From the IMG/VR virus record IMGVR_UViG_3300033692_000022: a stretch of 64,000 bases of DNA; one strand, given 5' to 3'. Shown here in pieces: positions 36,388 to 46,649 of the stretch. A program made the position numbers and the translations under genes. This DNA comes from a virus (taxonomy: Duplodnaviria > Heunggongvirae > Uroviricota > Caudoviricetes). Within the stretch, counting starts at the first letter, position 1, and each line of letters opens with the position of its first letter. The notes below the pieces were generated by a model. It ran no database searches. It had not been told where the DNA came from and was given only the letters and a program-made list of their open reading frames with translations.

Positions 36388-38367
36388 ATGCCACTAACAG
36401 AAACAGAAGTAGAAAATAGGATTATAGAGTTAGAGTCGGCTCTCGACTTACACAATCATATAACATCGTTTAGTGATGGTAGTGGTGGCAATCCGATACA
36501 AAGTAACGCATTAGATTCTGAGCTTAAAACAGAGATAGAAACTAATATCTCTCACAGAGATGTAGTCGACGCAAATCCACATCAAACAAAAGCCCACCAG
36601 ATACAGATAACAGCAGGAGATTATGCTTCACATAATATCCAACAGGCACTAGATATAATAAAGTCTAAAAGCAAAAATGACTATAGCGAGTTAGAAGAGT
36701 TAAGCAATGCCCTTGCTAATACGATTAAGACTGGCGATGCAGTAACTGATTGGACAATAGAAGAGTCATCTATTAAAAACAACAGAGCTTTATTTAATAA
36801 GATAGAATCTCATAATCATGATTCAAGATATACGAAACCATTTGAGCTAGAAAATGAGATTAACAGTCACTCTGAAAGCAACGCTCATGATGAAAGATAT
36901 TACACTAAAAACTATTTAGACAGTGAATTTGGAACAAAATCTGATAAGACACATCTTCATGATGCAATCTATCTTAGAAGACCAGAACTTGATGACTTAT
37001 ATTTTAATGTAGCCGATGACGAATTAAATATCGACCTAGAAATCAATAAGACATCTCCTAAGCTGACATTAAATGATGAATCAACCAATGGTAAGCTGGT
37101 AGAGATAACCTCCACAGATGAAAGATTCCTGCTTAAGATGAACGGCAATAATAAGCTGGACCTTCAAAATGATTTAGTAGTGGATATACCTGGTAATATA
37201 ATTCTTAGAGACACTCCAGTATCACTCGAAGGACACGTGCATGATAATAGATATTATCAAAAATATCAGGTAGAAGACTTACTATCAACTAAATCGGAAC
37301 AAGGCCATATTCATGATCATATATATTACAGACAGTCAAAGGTTCATAGCCTATTGGATGAGAAGACAGATTTAGATCATAAACACGAAGATATTTATTA
37401 CAATAAAACAGCAGCAGATAATAGGTTTGTTAATAATACCGTAGACACAATAGATGAATTAACAGTAAATGACAAACTGAACCTTAACGACAGGGCATAT
37501 TTTGATGAAAGTGGTTTGATTTTTAAAAGCTACAATTCAACAATAAGTATCGATAATGATAGTGATAATAATTTAGGTCTCAATATTAGGTCTGGAAACT
37601 TAGATCAAATATATCTCAATACGGATAAAGTAAAAGTAAGAAGTAATCTTGAAGTTGTAGGAGATATTCATCTAGGCCATAAAATAAATGGAGTCAAAAT
37701 AGAAGATTTTAAAGCAGAATATGATTTCCACGCATCAAAAGATGATGCTCACCATGAAAAATATACTGACCGAGAAGCAAGGGTCGCAATATATAATGAT
37801 GGCAACCATTATGAAATGGCAGACCATGTGCATAATCACAACACCCTTTATTATAAAAAAGAGTATATAAATTCAGCTCTATCCCAGAAGGCCGATAAAG
37901 ATCATGACCATGATTCAATGTATATGAGAATAGAAGAGGTAATAGAAAGACTAGATAATAAATCAGACAAGGGTCATCTCCACGATACAAGATACTATAC
38001 TAAAGATGAGATGAATCAACAGATAACCCTAATCGGAGATGAACTCCAGCTTAAGTCTGATAAGGGTCATGATCATAATGAAACATATTATACTCAGGCT
38101 GAAGTGGACCAGGAGATAAAAGATAAGACAGGTAATAGTGCCTATGTTGTAAGTGGTGAAATAATAACAGACATCAATGGTAGAGCAAAATTACCAATAC
38201 CATCCGGCTTTGATAGGCACGAGTGCCATTATATGGCCTCTGCTGGCCAGAATACTTTAGTTCCTTATTCCAGCTCTGGCGTGGAGATAAACAGAAATAC
38301 TGGAGATATACAAGTAAGTCCAAGTAGTGTAGATGCAGTAAACTATATGGTAATTGGAATCAGGTAG
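36388..38367 (+). CDS. Long fiber protein (659 aa) built from approximately 12 HxHD-x-RYY-TK histidine repeats
   Basis: Repeats include SHNHDSRYTK, AHDERYYTKNY, THLHDAIYLRR, GHVHDNRYYQKY, GHIHDHIYYRQS, DHKHEDIYYNK, HVHNHNTLYYKKEY, DHDHDSMYMRIEE, GHLHDTRYYTKDE, GHDHNETYYTQAE. Confidence 0.5.
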   Translation: MPLTETEVENRIIELESALDLHNHITSFSDGSGGNPIQSNALDSELKTEIETNISHRDVVDANPHQTKAHQIQITAGDYASHNIQQALDIIKSKSKNDYSELEELSNALANTIKTGDAVTDWTIEESSIKNNRALFNKIESHNHDSRYTKPFELENEINSHSESNAHDERYYTKNYLDSEFGTKSDKTHLHDAIYLRRPELDDLYFNVADDELNIDLEINKTSPKLTLNDESTNGKLVEITSTDERFLLKMNGNNKLDLQNDLVVDIPGNIILRDTPVSLEGHVHDNRYYQKYQVEDLLSTKSEQGHIHDHIYYRQSKVHSLLDEKTDLDHKHEDIYYNKTAADNRFVNNTVDTIDELTVNDKLNLNDRAYFDESGLIFKSYNSTISIDNDSDNNLGLNIRSGNLDQIYLNTDKVKVRSNLEVVGDIHLGHKINGVKIEDFKAEYDFHASKDDAHHEKYTDREARVAIYNDGNHYEMADHVHNHNTLYYKKEYINSALSQKADKDHDHDSMYMRIEEVIERLDNKSDKGHLHDTRYYTKDEMNQQITLIGDELQLKSDKGHDHNETYYTQAEVDQEIKDKTGNSAYVVSGEIITDINGRAKLPIPSGFDRHECHYMASAGQNTLVPYSSSGVEINRNTGDIQVSPSSVDAVNYMVIGIR

Positions 38368-38385
38368 GAGGAAAGGAGGATTAAT

Positions 38386-38844
38386 ATGTATTACTTATTA
38401 GACAAAGACACATTAGAAATTAAAGCCTCCTTAAGAGGTAAACCAAACATGGAGGAGATTGAAAAAAATAATATAACAGCAATTAATTCATCATATCAAT
38501 ATTCTCCTAGAAAACTTAAGGCCATTGAAAAAGATGGAGAAATAAATATAGAGTTCAGACCAGAAATCAAAGCAAAAATAAAAAATACAGGAAACTATAT
38601 AAAAGTAGATGCAATGGTTAGAAGAGAAGACGGAACGGTTAATCAAGAAATAAATGATGAACTTACTATTACAGTAGAAAAATATGAAGACAAGGAGATA
38701 ATTACAGAAAAAACACTAATCATAAATTCTGGAGAGGGTTTCAAAAACTTTAACATTGGAGAAACTGGAAGATTTGTGGTTAGAGTTAAGCACGATAAGT
38801 TTAGTGAAGCCTCTGATTATATATCTGTTAAGGAGGTTATGTAA
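38386..38844 (+). CDS. Hypothetical virion protein
   Basis: 152-aa ORF with ribosome-binding site GGAGGAAAGGAGGATTAATATG. Confidence 0.3.
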   Translation: MYYLLDKDTLEIKASLRGKPNMEEIEKNNITAINSSYQYSPRKLKAIEKDGEINIEFRPEIKAKIKNTGNYIKVDAMVRREDGTVNQEINDELTITVEKYEDKEIITEKTLIINSGEGFKNFNIGETGRFVVRVKHDKFSEASDYISVKEVM

Positions 38845-39452
38845 TGCCAAAAATAGTAAAAAAAGCAGATGGAACATATGAAATAAGAAAAACTGAATTC
38901 GAGATAGAAGTTGAAAATAATATAAAAAATCTATGGGAAACTGTTGAACTAAATAATGAGGAATCAATAAAAAGAGATGAAGAACTTGAAGAGTTAATAA
39001 TAAAAAACACAGATGAATTAAGAAGCTCATTAGATAAAGAAATAGCAGATAGAGAAGAAGACATATCTGAAATAAATAATAAAATAGATAATCAAACAAA
39101 TACTATAAATGCCGAGATAAACAGAATAGGAATAAAACTTGATAATGAAATAAGAAATAGCCTATCTGAAGCTGAAAGGTTAGACCAAAGGATAACTGAT
39201 GAAGCAAATAAAAGATACAATAGAGACTTAGAGATAGAAGAAAGTATAAATAACTTCAAAAGTCAGTTTGATTATGAAATAGACCGTCTAGATGGAGACA
39301 TAGAAAATATAGATAGGATAAATTCTTCTTTAAATCAAGTTCTCAATGAAAAAATGGAAATAATGGTAGTATCAGAACAAATGAGAAATATAATAGTTTC
39401 ACTAGAAGAACCAGTAGATGCAGAAGAGAATGACCTATGGGTTATAGCTTAA
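38844..39452 (+). CDS. Coiled-coil protein
   Basis: 202 aa, highly charged with heptad periodicity (EELEELIIKNTDELRSSLDKEIADREEDISEINNKIDNQ). Confidence 0.3.
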   Translation: MPKIVKKADGTYEIRKTEFEIEVENNIKNLWETVELNNEESIKRDEELEELIIKNTDELRSSLDKEIADREEDISEINNKIDNQTNTINAEINRIGIKLDNEIRNSLSEAERLDQRITDEANKRYNRDLEIEESINNFKSQFDYEIDRLDGDIENIDRINSSLNQVLNEKMEIMVVSEQMRNIIVSLEEPVDAEENDLWVIA

Positions 39453-39469
39453 AATAAAGGGGCGGTAAA

Positions 39470-39835
39470 GTGAAAAATATCGCCCTAAAAGGAGGTTCCA
39501 ATAATATGTACGAATACAAAGCAGTAGTTACAAGAATCATAGATGGTGACACATTCGAAGCCAACATAGATTTAGGCTTTAAAACCTACCAGCAGCAAAC
39601 ATTTAGGTTAAAAGGAGTAGATACTCCAGAAGTCTACGGCGCAGAAAAGGCAAGAGGGCTTAAGGCTTCAGATGTTGTAGAAAGAATGATACTTGGTAAA
39701 GAAGTAATAATCAGATCAGAAAAGTCTGGCAGCTTCGGCCGCTGGATAGCAGATGTAGATATAGAAACAGACAGAGGAAAAGTAAACTTAAACCAGTTTC
39801 TTTTGGATAATGGGTTAGCAAATAAATATGAATAG
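39470..39835 (+). CDS. Staphylococcal-nuclease (SNase/thermonuclease)-like protein
   Basis: YKAVVTRIIDGDTFEANIDLGFKTYQQQTFRLKGVDTPEVYG...GKEVIIRSEKSGSFGRWIADV matches the SNase core (V.DGDT....RL.G.D.PE...GR). Confidence 0.55.
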   Translation: MKNIALKGGSNNMYEYKAVVTRIIDGDTFEANIDLGFKTYQQQTFRLKGVDTPEVYGAEKARGLKASDVVERMILGKEVIIRSEKSGSFGRWIADVDIETDRGKVNLNQFLLDNGLANKYE

Positions 39836-39847
39836 AGGTGCATAATA

Positions 39848-42334
39848 GTGGCCAATGATTATATAGAAGATTTCATGAGCACACTTCCAAAGTACCAGAG
39901 AAAAGAAATGCACAAGATACTCGGGGAAGAGGAAGAACTCGACCTAATAAAGAGCAAAGAAGAATATGAGTCAGAGCTTGAGAAACTTATAAGTAAGATA
40001 AATGAAGAGTCTCCAGAACCCCTGATGAAGACCAGGGAGCAGAAAAACAAAACCAACTCTGAAGATTTCAACGAAACTTTTAGCGAAGTAAATATAGACC
40101 TCAATTCATTATTTCACCAATCGACAGGTCTCGACAATATAATTTCTAAACATCATCAGCTAAATAAATCGGGACTTATGATGATAAAAGACAATATCAA
40201 ACAAATTGAAAATGAAGTGGAAAGATACATGATGCTGCTTGGGAACAATGAAGGTTTTGTCGATTCCTTCTATGAAACATTTTTGACATCTTCCAATGTT
40301 GAAAAAGACAGCAAGTACTACACGGATCCTGCAAGTGGTGGCATTATAGAAAATGACAGGCGAGCAGAGATAGACCAGACAGGAGAGTCTTTAAAGCTGG
40401 CCACTACAGAAAGCATTGATGCTATCACAAACGATAACGGCTCTAAGATGGCCAAAGTTAATATCTTAAGGCAACCCGGCAGTGGATTTATAGGCGAAGC
40501 CAACAAAACATACGACATAGAAAAAGCGATAGATACTGACCTTGAGAGCTTCTGGGGAGAAGTAATACTATCAGACAAAGAAATGAGAATAGACTTTAGT
40601 GATTTTAATATAACTGAAGGTGCCTTCTGTGAGTTCGAGGTAGTATTTAACTCGTTATCTGTTATATCCGAGATAACAATGGCCCCTTTTACAGAGTTCC
40701 CAATAGATGTGCTTGGCATTAGATCATATGACGGCCTTGAGGATTCTGCAGAGATAACAGAAATAATAACTCCAGATAATTCGATACCAATCGACGAACC
40801 AGAAACTATACAGTTTGAAGCTATAGAGTCGCGAAGATTAGTATTTGTAGTAAACCAGAAACACTACCGAGAAAACAACTATCTTATCAAAAAATCAGAG
40901 AGAAATAATATAGAGATGTGGCAGAAAATAAGCAACAAGGAAAAAGAAGTAACTCTTTCTGGTAACTGGGAGGATGAGGAGAGAGAGAACATCAACCCTA
41001 CAGTAAGTCAGGATTTTCTCAATACAATAAGCGGCTGGGACCTATACGAAAGAAAACTTAAAGAGTTTAATAGAATGGTCGCTAAAAACAGAAGTTCTTC
41101 TAATACCTGGGGTCTTATCGGAGGCATACTAACAGCAGGAGCTGTAGTAATGACCGGCGGCGCACTATCACCAGCATTAACACTGGGAGCATTAGGTGCC
41201 GGGATAGGAGTAGGTAACGCGATCAAAGAAGGACTCTTAGAAGATTACGACTTCAGAAAAGATAAACTTGTAGAAGTAGATAAAAAAGAATACATCTACG
41301 GCCTCTATGACCTTGATATAAGAGGTAATAAATACCTAAACAGTTCGATATATGTATCAAAACCGATCAGTACACCACCAAATCTAGCTCAGGTGGCACT
41401 TGATACAACTGAAGTGCACCCAGATGTTGATGGTAAAGAAGTAACAGATATAGAATTTTATGTTACTAATATGGATGAACCTACAGATGATGACTGGTAT
41501 CCCATACTTCCTAACAATAAAAAAATAATAAAGTCTGAAAGATTATTTTTAGATGCCAGAACAAGTAAGGCCAGGCTTAAATTTGAAGTAGAGAAAATGA
41601 ACAGCATAGAGATATATAAGAATAGCGAAAAACTTCCAGCTTCTAAGTATGATATTAGTAATATCTCAGAGAATGGAAGAGTAATAACAGAAGTTACATT
41701 CCACGACTTCGAGATAAACGCTATCTATTCTGCCTCCTACAGACCTAAAAGTAGTGCACATCTGATTGATTTTACAAGCTCTGAAGACACAACCAAACTC
41801 ACAGCAACAGAGAAGTTCAAGAATGGAGCTGGCAGAAACGGCAGCATAAACTTAAAACACTATCCATATATAGACTACGAGAAAATAAATATGGCCGAGA
41901 AAGCAGAGGAAGATGGTTATGATCCAAATACTAACAATTATCGCCCGATAGAAGTAAAACTTAACGGCGAGTTCGAGGGTATAAACACATCTGTAATTCA
42001 ACCATATCATAAGAATACAGCCGGGCCAGCAACCAAAAACACTACTGATTATACAAGTAAGATACAGACTACTCTTAGAGGTTATGATAAAGATAGCAAT
42101 CCTTATTTCGAGTACAGACAGGATGGCAATAAACTATTTTTTAATGACACATTTAATGAATACGACAATGTAGACAGCATAAGGGCTAATGCAGAAATAG
42201 AGGTAAAGTATTCCTACCTTATCTCAAAGCTAAGAGTAAAAGCCGTAATGAGAAGAAATGTTCCCGGCAATGAATCTGTAACTCCAATACTTGAAGATTA
42301 CACCCTTAAGTTTAAGACAGTTAATATAGGGTAG
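39848..42334 (+). CDS. Large virion-associated protein, paralog family member 1, with discoidin/F5-8-type-C-like domain and a glycine-zipper hydrophobic segment
   Basis: N-terminal coiled region with EDFNETFSEVNIDL. IDTDLESFWGEVIL is an FA58C-like motif. WGLIGGILTAGAVVMTGGALSPALTLGALGAGIGVGNAI is a Gly-zipper TM-like segment. Confidence 0.4.
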   Translation: MANDYIEDFMSTLPKYQRKEMHKILGEEEELDLIKSKEEYESELEKLISKINEESPEPLMKTREQKNKTNSEDFNETFSEVNIDLNSLFHQSTGLDNIISKHHQLNKSGLMMIKDNIKQIENEVERYMMLLGNNEGFVDSFYETFLTSSNVEKDSKYYTDPASGGIIENDRRAEIDQTGESLKLATTESIDAITNDNGSKMAKVNILRQPGSGFIGEANKTYDIEKAIDTDLESFWGEVILSDKEMRIDFSDFNITEGAFCEFEVVFNSLSVISEITMAPFTEFPIDVLGIRSYDGLEDSAEITEIITPDNSIPIDEPETIQFEAIESRRLVFVVNQKHYRENNYLIKKSERNNIEMWQKISNKEKEVTLSGNWEDEERENINPTVSQDFLNTISGWDLYERKLKEFNRMVAKNRSSSNTWGLIGGILTAGAVVMTGGALSPALTLGALGAGIGVGNAIKEGLLEDYDFRKDKLVEVDKKEYIYGLYDLDIRGNKYLNSSIYVSKPISTPPNLAQVALDTTEVHPDVDGKEVTDIEFYVTNMDEPTDDDWYPILPNNKKIIKSERLFLDARTSKARLKFEVEKMNSIEIYKNSEKLPASKYDISNISENGRVITEVTFHDFEINAIYSASYRPKSSAHLIDFTSSEDTTKLTATEKFKNGAGRNGSINLKHYPYIDYEKINMAEKAEEDGYDPNTNNYRPIEVKLNGEFEGINTSVIQPYHKNTAGPATKNTTDYTSKIQTTLRGYDKDSNPYFEYRQDGNKLFFNDTFNEYDNVDSIRANAEIEVKYSYLISKLRVKAVMRRNVPGNESVTPILEDYTLKFKTVNIG

Positions 42335-42344
42335 GAGGTATAAA

Positions 42345-44369
42345 ATGGCGGATAAATATAGAATAAAAAAACACAGCAATATCCTAATCAAGCAAGCTAA
42401 AGACATCATAGATAAGATAGGAAATAAGATAAGAGATAATAACCTATCAGAAGCCTCTAAAGTAACAAGAGAAATGCTTGAAGGATTAAAAGATATGTTT
42501 ACTAATATAGGTAAACCCGTAATGAAAAAGAGATATGCACCGGTTGATGGACCACCTTGGTCTGAGGATTACAATAAGACCATGGAAGAAATTAATGAGG
42601 ATTTATGGACTGCCTATAATGAAATGGAATCACTACAGGACGGAGTTAAAACTGACTTTAACTTTAACAGCACACAGAGAGAGAACCTGAAAAATAGAAT
42701 AAAAGTACTTGAAGAAAGATTAGAAGATTTTGTACTATTTACAAATATAGATAATGACTTAGTGCACGCTAAGGATACTTTTAAAAACTTAAGTAAAGTT
42801 GATGTTCGAGGTACGAGGCTCAAATCAGCAGATGTAGAAACCGAAACAGGTCTTGTTACGCTAGAAAAGTCAGGATCAGAAAACCTATCTAGCAGCTGCA
42901 AGGTAAATATAGTAAGAAGCGACTCCAATGGTTTTCCTGGAAACTTACATCAAGTTAAAAATATAGCTTATGATGGAGCGACTCGTTTTAAACCTATAAA
43001 AAGAAAAGAACCAGAATGGAAGTTCTATGGCGAAGAAGATATGCACATCGTACCCGAGTACATGATAGATGAAAATCCAGATACCTGGTTTGAATATGAA
43101 ACTTGTGACATCCCAGTAGGCAAAAAAAGGCAACAGAAATTTTACGGTTTTGACTATAAGGGAGGAGAACAGTGGAGCAGAGACCCAGTAGAGCCTTACA
43201 AAAGAAGTGGAAACTATCAGGATACAAACAAACCAAACACTGAAAAACCATTAAGGCTTAGTATAGAACTTTCTTTAGAAGAAGCTCAAGTAATAAACTG
43301 GATAAATGTAAATCCTTATATACCGGCATTCGATGGTTCTGCTCCTCCTAAGATAATTGATATCTTAGTGTCAGACGGAGCAGGTTACGAGACTTCAGTA
43401 CTTGATTCAAATCATAAAAACCTAACACTATCAGAAGAACTCAATGAAACAAATCAGACTTATGAAAAAGATGAGGTAACGGGCAACAAAAACTTCGCTG
43501 GACAAGCAGTGTTCACATTCCCACCCACTAAAGCTAAAGTAATATCAATAATAATAGAACAGGAATCGCCTTATAACTGTAGGATAGGACATATTTACTA
43601 TCAGAGAGTAGATAAAATAAAGATTGAAGAAAGCGGCGCCTTTGGAGGTCTATTTGGAGGGGATGAGACCTCATACGAAACTAAAAGAACATATATTGAA
43701 GGGCCGAAAGTAGGATTATCACAATTGTATACAGAATGGGATGATAACTTAGGTATTACAGATTTGGGTGAAGATACATTCTTAGAGCCTATAACAGACA
43801 TATTGGGAGGGATATCAGGGTTCTTATTTGGCAGCACTGAAAAATCTCTTGTTAGCTCAAAGATAGAGTCTGGAATACATGGCTTCGAGGGATGGCGATG
43901 GGCTATAGGCGTTAAAGGAATAAACGTTTATGCTTTTGAGTATGCAGAACAGGGCGAGCTTTTATCAAAGACCCATATAGTTGGAGATAAAATAAAAAGA
44001 GTATCTCTTAATGTAAATGAAGAAATACCTGATATATTCGTCAATAACGAAAACTATGATAGAAGAAATGACTGGATTAAATACTATATATCTATTGACG
44101 GTAATACCTGGCACCGCATAAGCCCAGAAGGGCACGATGAAACAATAGAAAACGATGAGCTGGTACCAGAAGTATACATTATAAATAGTGAGGTTTCAGA
44201 AGAGAATAGAAACCCAAATGCAGGATACATCGAAACCGAAACTGATCCAGTAAACATCAAATTCAAGGCCATACTATCAAGGCCAACTAATATAGAGCAG
44301 GCAGAACATTTTACTCCAGTACTAAGAGGATATGCTCTAAAAATGCAAACTGAAGGTGAGAATGTATGA
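42345..44369 (+). CDS. Large virion-associated protein, paralog family member 2 (discoidin-like domain)
   Basis: The N-terminal block SEDYNKTMEEINEDLWTAYNEMESL is shared. MIDENPDTWFEYETCDIPV is the FA58C-like motif. ILGGISGFLFG is a Gly-rich hydrophobic patch. Confidence 0.4.
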   Translation: MADKYRIKKHSNILIKQAKDIIDKIGNKIRDNNLSEASKVTREMLEGLKDMFTNIGKPVMKKRYAPVDGPPWSEDYNKTMEEINEDLWTAYNEMESLQDGVKTDFNFNSTQRENLKNRIKVLEERLEDFVLFTNIDNDLVHAKDTFKNLSKVDVRGTRLKSADVETETGLVTLEKSGSENLSSSCKVNIVRSDSNGFPGNLHQVKNIAYDGATRFKPIKRKEPEWKFYGEEDMHIVPEYMIDENPDTWFEYETCDIPVGKKRQQKFYGFDYKGGEQWSRDPVEPYKRSGNYQDTNKPNTEKPLRLSIELSLEEAQVINWINVNPYIPAFDGSAPPKIIDILVSDGAGYETSVLDSNHKNLTLSEELNETNQTYEKDEVTGNKNFAGQAVFTFPPTKAKVISIIIEQESPYNCRIGHIYYQRVDKIKIEESGAFGGLFGGDETSYETKRTYIEGPKVGLSQLYTEWDDNLGITDLGEDTFLEPITDILGGISGFLFGSTEKSLVSSKIESGIHGFEGWRWAIGVKGINVYAFEYAEQGELLSKTHIVGDKIKRVSLNVNEEIPDIFVNNENYDRRNDWIKYYISIDGNTWHRISPEGHDETIENDELVPEVYIINSEVSEENRNPNAGYIETETDPVNIKFKAILSRPTNIEQAEHFTPVLRGYALKMQTEGENV

Positions 44370-46393
44370 GCATAAAAAGAAGACACATCAGAGAAAAACT
44401 TGAGAAAGTAATCAAGGAAGAGATACAAAAAGGGAAATATCCGAGCACAGAAACCATAAATAAGAGAATGAGCGATGAATTTGATAAGCATACTCCTGGA
44501 CTACCAAAGTTTAAACCTATAGAGGCCCCCAAAAACGGAGTCTCCGATCCTCACGACTATAACGAAATGATAGATAATATCTATGACGATCTGCATATGG
44601 TATTTTCAGAGACATCATCTCAGGCAAAACGGCTCTTAAAGAACTTCGACTACGGGGAGGTCGAAAGAAATAAGATACTAAAGAGACTCGAGAGATTAAG
44701 TGATAATATAGATAACCTGCTTCTTTTAGCCGAAAACACCGAAGGCTATTTGGAAAGTCTTTATGATAACTTCCACGACTACTCTAAGGTTAATATGGAA
44801 AACACTACAGCAAATGTTGATCTTAGCAGCAGGGAAGTTACTTTAAGCCAGATAAAAAGCGATGGTAAAAAATATTCACTCAGAAACAGAAGGTACAGTA
44901 TAAACACTTTAGATGATGGCAGCAGCATAGAAAATATAGAATCATTTAATAATGCACTCGATGATTATCTCAATACAGCCTGGCTATCTAAGGTAACTAA
45001 GAAAGAAAAGGGGCCAGCCTCAATAGAGGTAGTAATAAACCTAACAGAACTCGATAACGATAAGGATAATCCGCTGGCAGATGAGATACCAGTAAGCTCA
45101 ATAAGTTTTGTAGATTCAAGTCCAGATATCACAAACCTATCTGTTATGTGGTCTAATGATGACATAAATTACTTCTATATAGACGATAACAAAAGAAGTG
45201 TTGATGTAATAGAAAAAGAGACATTTACCTGTGAAGAAACATATATGCAGTACATCAAACTAATCTTAACCAAAGATAAACCAGACGAACAGTTAAGCGA
45301 TGGCCGCTATATATACAGGTTCGGCGCCAAAGGAATAGATGTTAAAAAGGTAGGGTTTAAGGAAGCAGGTAGATTTGAGTCTAAGTATCTTACAATAGAA
45401 AACACAGATGAAACCAATCCTATTAATCAGGTAGCTTTAAATGTTGAAGATGAGACTCCTAAATTCACTTCGATAGATTACTTCCTCCGCTTTCCACAAA
45501 GTAACGGCTTCATTCCAATCAGTCCGATAGATGATCCTAATCCTAAACACCAGAAGGTAATAAACCTCGAAAACATCTCCACACCTAACCCTGTAAATAT
45601 ATCGGGCGGCAAAAACAACTATTTAACCCACAACGGTATAGACTTCTATAAACTTAAGACACTTGAACATACCCCAAGAAAAAATAGCGTAGAGCTATTC
45701 AGGGGTAAAAACATGTGGAAGAAGGAAGAATTTAATACCTCGACTTATGAGGGAATGGATACAAGGCATAACCCGATAGGAAAAGACTGGCTTAACCTAC
45801 CAGAAGATGTATCAGAAAAGGATATTAAAAAGAGCTTCATTAATGCAACTGGCAACCTGAGCAAAGATAGCAGCAAGGGTACGATGACCAGATGGACTAC
45901 TTACCTTTACTGCAGTTCAACTAAGGTAGTAAAAGAAACAATGACAACTGCAGGAGATATAAACTCTAATATTATTCTAAATGGAAGTACTATCAGCATA
46001 GATGAAAACGGAAAGTATGTTTTAAGAATACCAGAAGGCTGGAATAAGATAGAAGTCCTAAATTACAATATAAATGGTCACAGCGGCAACTTAAACATTA
46101 ATTTCAATCCAAAGACTGTAGGGAAGATGATAGCAGAAAATGCTCCACTCCAAGAAGTTAGTCTATATGACTTAAAGAATAATGTTTTGATGAATGACAA
46201 CAATAAGTTTGCTATGGACGAAGATAAAATCATATTAAATTATAATCCAGACGGTATTGGATACGAGGTAAGCTATTCTTACGGGATAGCAAATAACTTC
46301 AATGAAATAAAGTTTGCTGCAGAGTTAAAGAGAGAAAAAGATATAGCAGATCTTACTCCGAGACTCAAAAAGTACAACATAAGGATATCTTAG
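44366..46393 (+). CDS. Large virion-associated protein, paralog family member 3 (discoidin-like domain)
   Basis: PHDYNEMIDNIYDDLHMVFSETSSQ and ALDDYLNTAWLSKV motifs. The start overlaps the upstream stop (ATGA). Confidence 0.4.
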   Translation: MSIKRRHIREKLEKVIKEEIQKGKYPSTETINKRMSDEFDKHTPGLPKFKPIEAPKNGVSDPHDYNEMIDNIYDDLHMVFSETSSQAKRLLKNFDYGEVERNKILKRLERLSDNIDNLLLLAENTEGYLESLYDNFHDYSKVNMENTTANVDLSSREVTLSQIKSDGKKYSLRNRRYSINTLDDGSSIENIESFNNALDDYLNTAWLSKVTKKEKGPASIEVVINLTELDNDKDNPLADEIPVSSISFVDSSPDITNLSVMWSNDDINYFYIDDNKRSVDVIEKETFTCEETYMQYIKLILTKDKPDEQLSDGRYIYRFGAKGIDVKKVGFKEAGRFESKYLTIENTDETNPINQVALNVEDETPKFTSIDYFLRFPQSNGFIPISPIDDPNPKHQKVINLENISTPNPVNISGGKNNYLTHNGIDFYKLKTLEHTPRKNSVELFRGKNMWKKEEFNTSTYEGMDTRHNPIGKDWLNLPEDVSEKDIKKSFINATGNLSKDSSKGTMTRWTTYLYCSSTKVVKETMTTAGDINSNIILNGSTISIDENGKYVLRIPEGWNKIEVLNYNINGHSGNLNINFNPKTVGKMIAENAPLQEVSLYDLKNNVLMNDNNKFAMDEDKIILNYNPDGIGYEVSYSYGIANNFNEIKFAAELKREKDIADLTPRLKKYNIRIS

Positions 46394-46403
46394 GGGGGAT
46401 ATA

Positions 46404-46649
46404 ATGAGCAATTATAATATAGAGATGAAAAAGAGAAATGCCCGTTATCGCGGAGCAACTGAAAGTTATAAGTATTTAATAGATGCTCATGAAAGAATAG
46501 CCGACTTTCAAAACGCCTATGAAAATATAGAAAACACCAGAGAAAGTCTGGGAGATAGGAATAACTTAAGGCAGGAAAAAGATGAAAATGCCGCGCGGAT
46601 TACAGTAGTCAAAAAAGAATTAGATGCAATAATAAAGGAGGTAAGTTAA
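46404..46649 (+). CDS. Small hypothetical protein
   Basis: 81-aa ORF with ribosome-binding site TAGGGGGGATATAATG. Confidence 0.3.
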   Translation: MSNYNIEMKKRNARYRGATESYKYLIDAHERIADFQNAYENIENTRESLGDRNNLRQEKDENAARITVVKKELDAIIKEVS

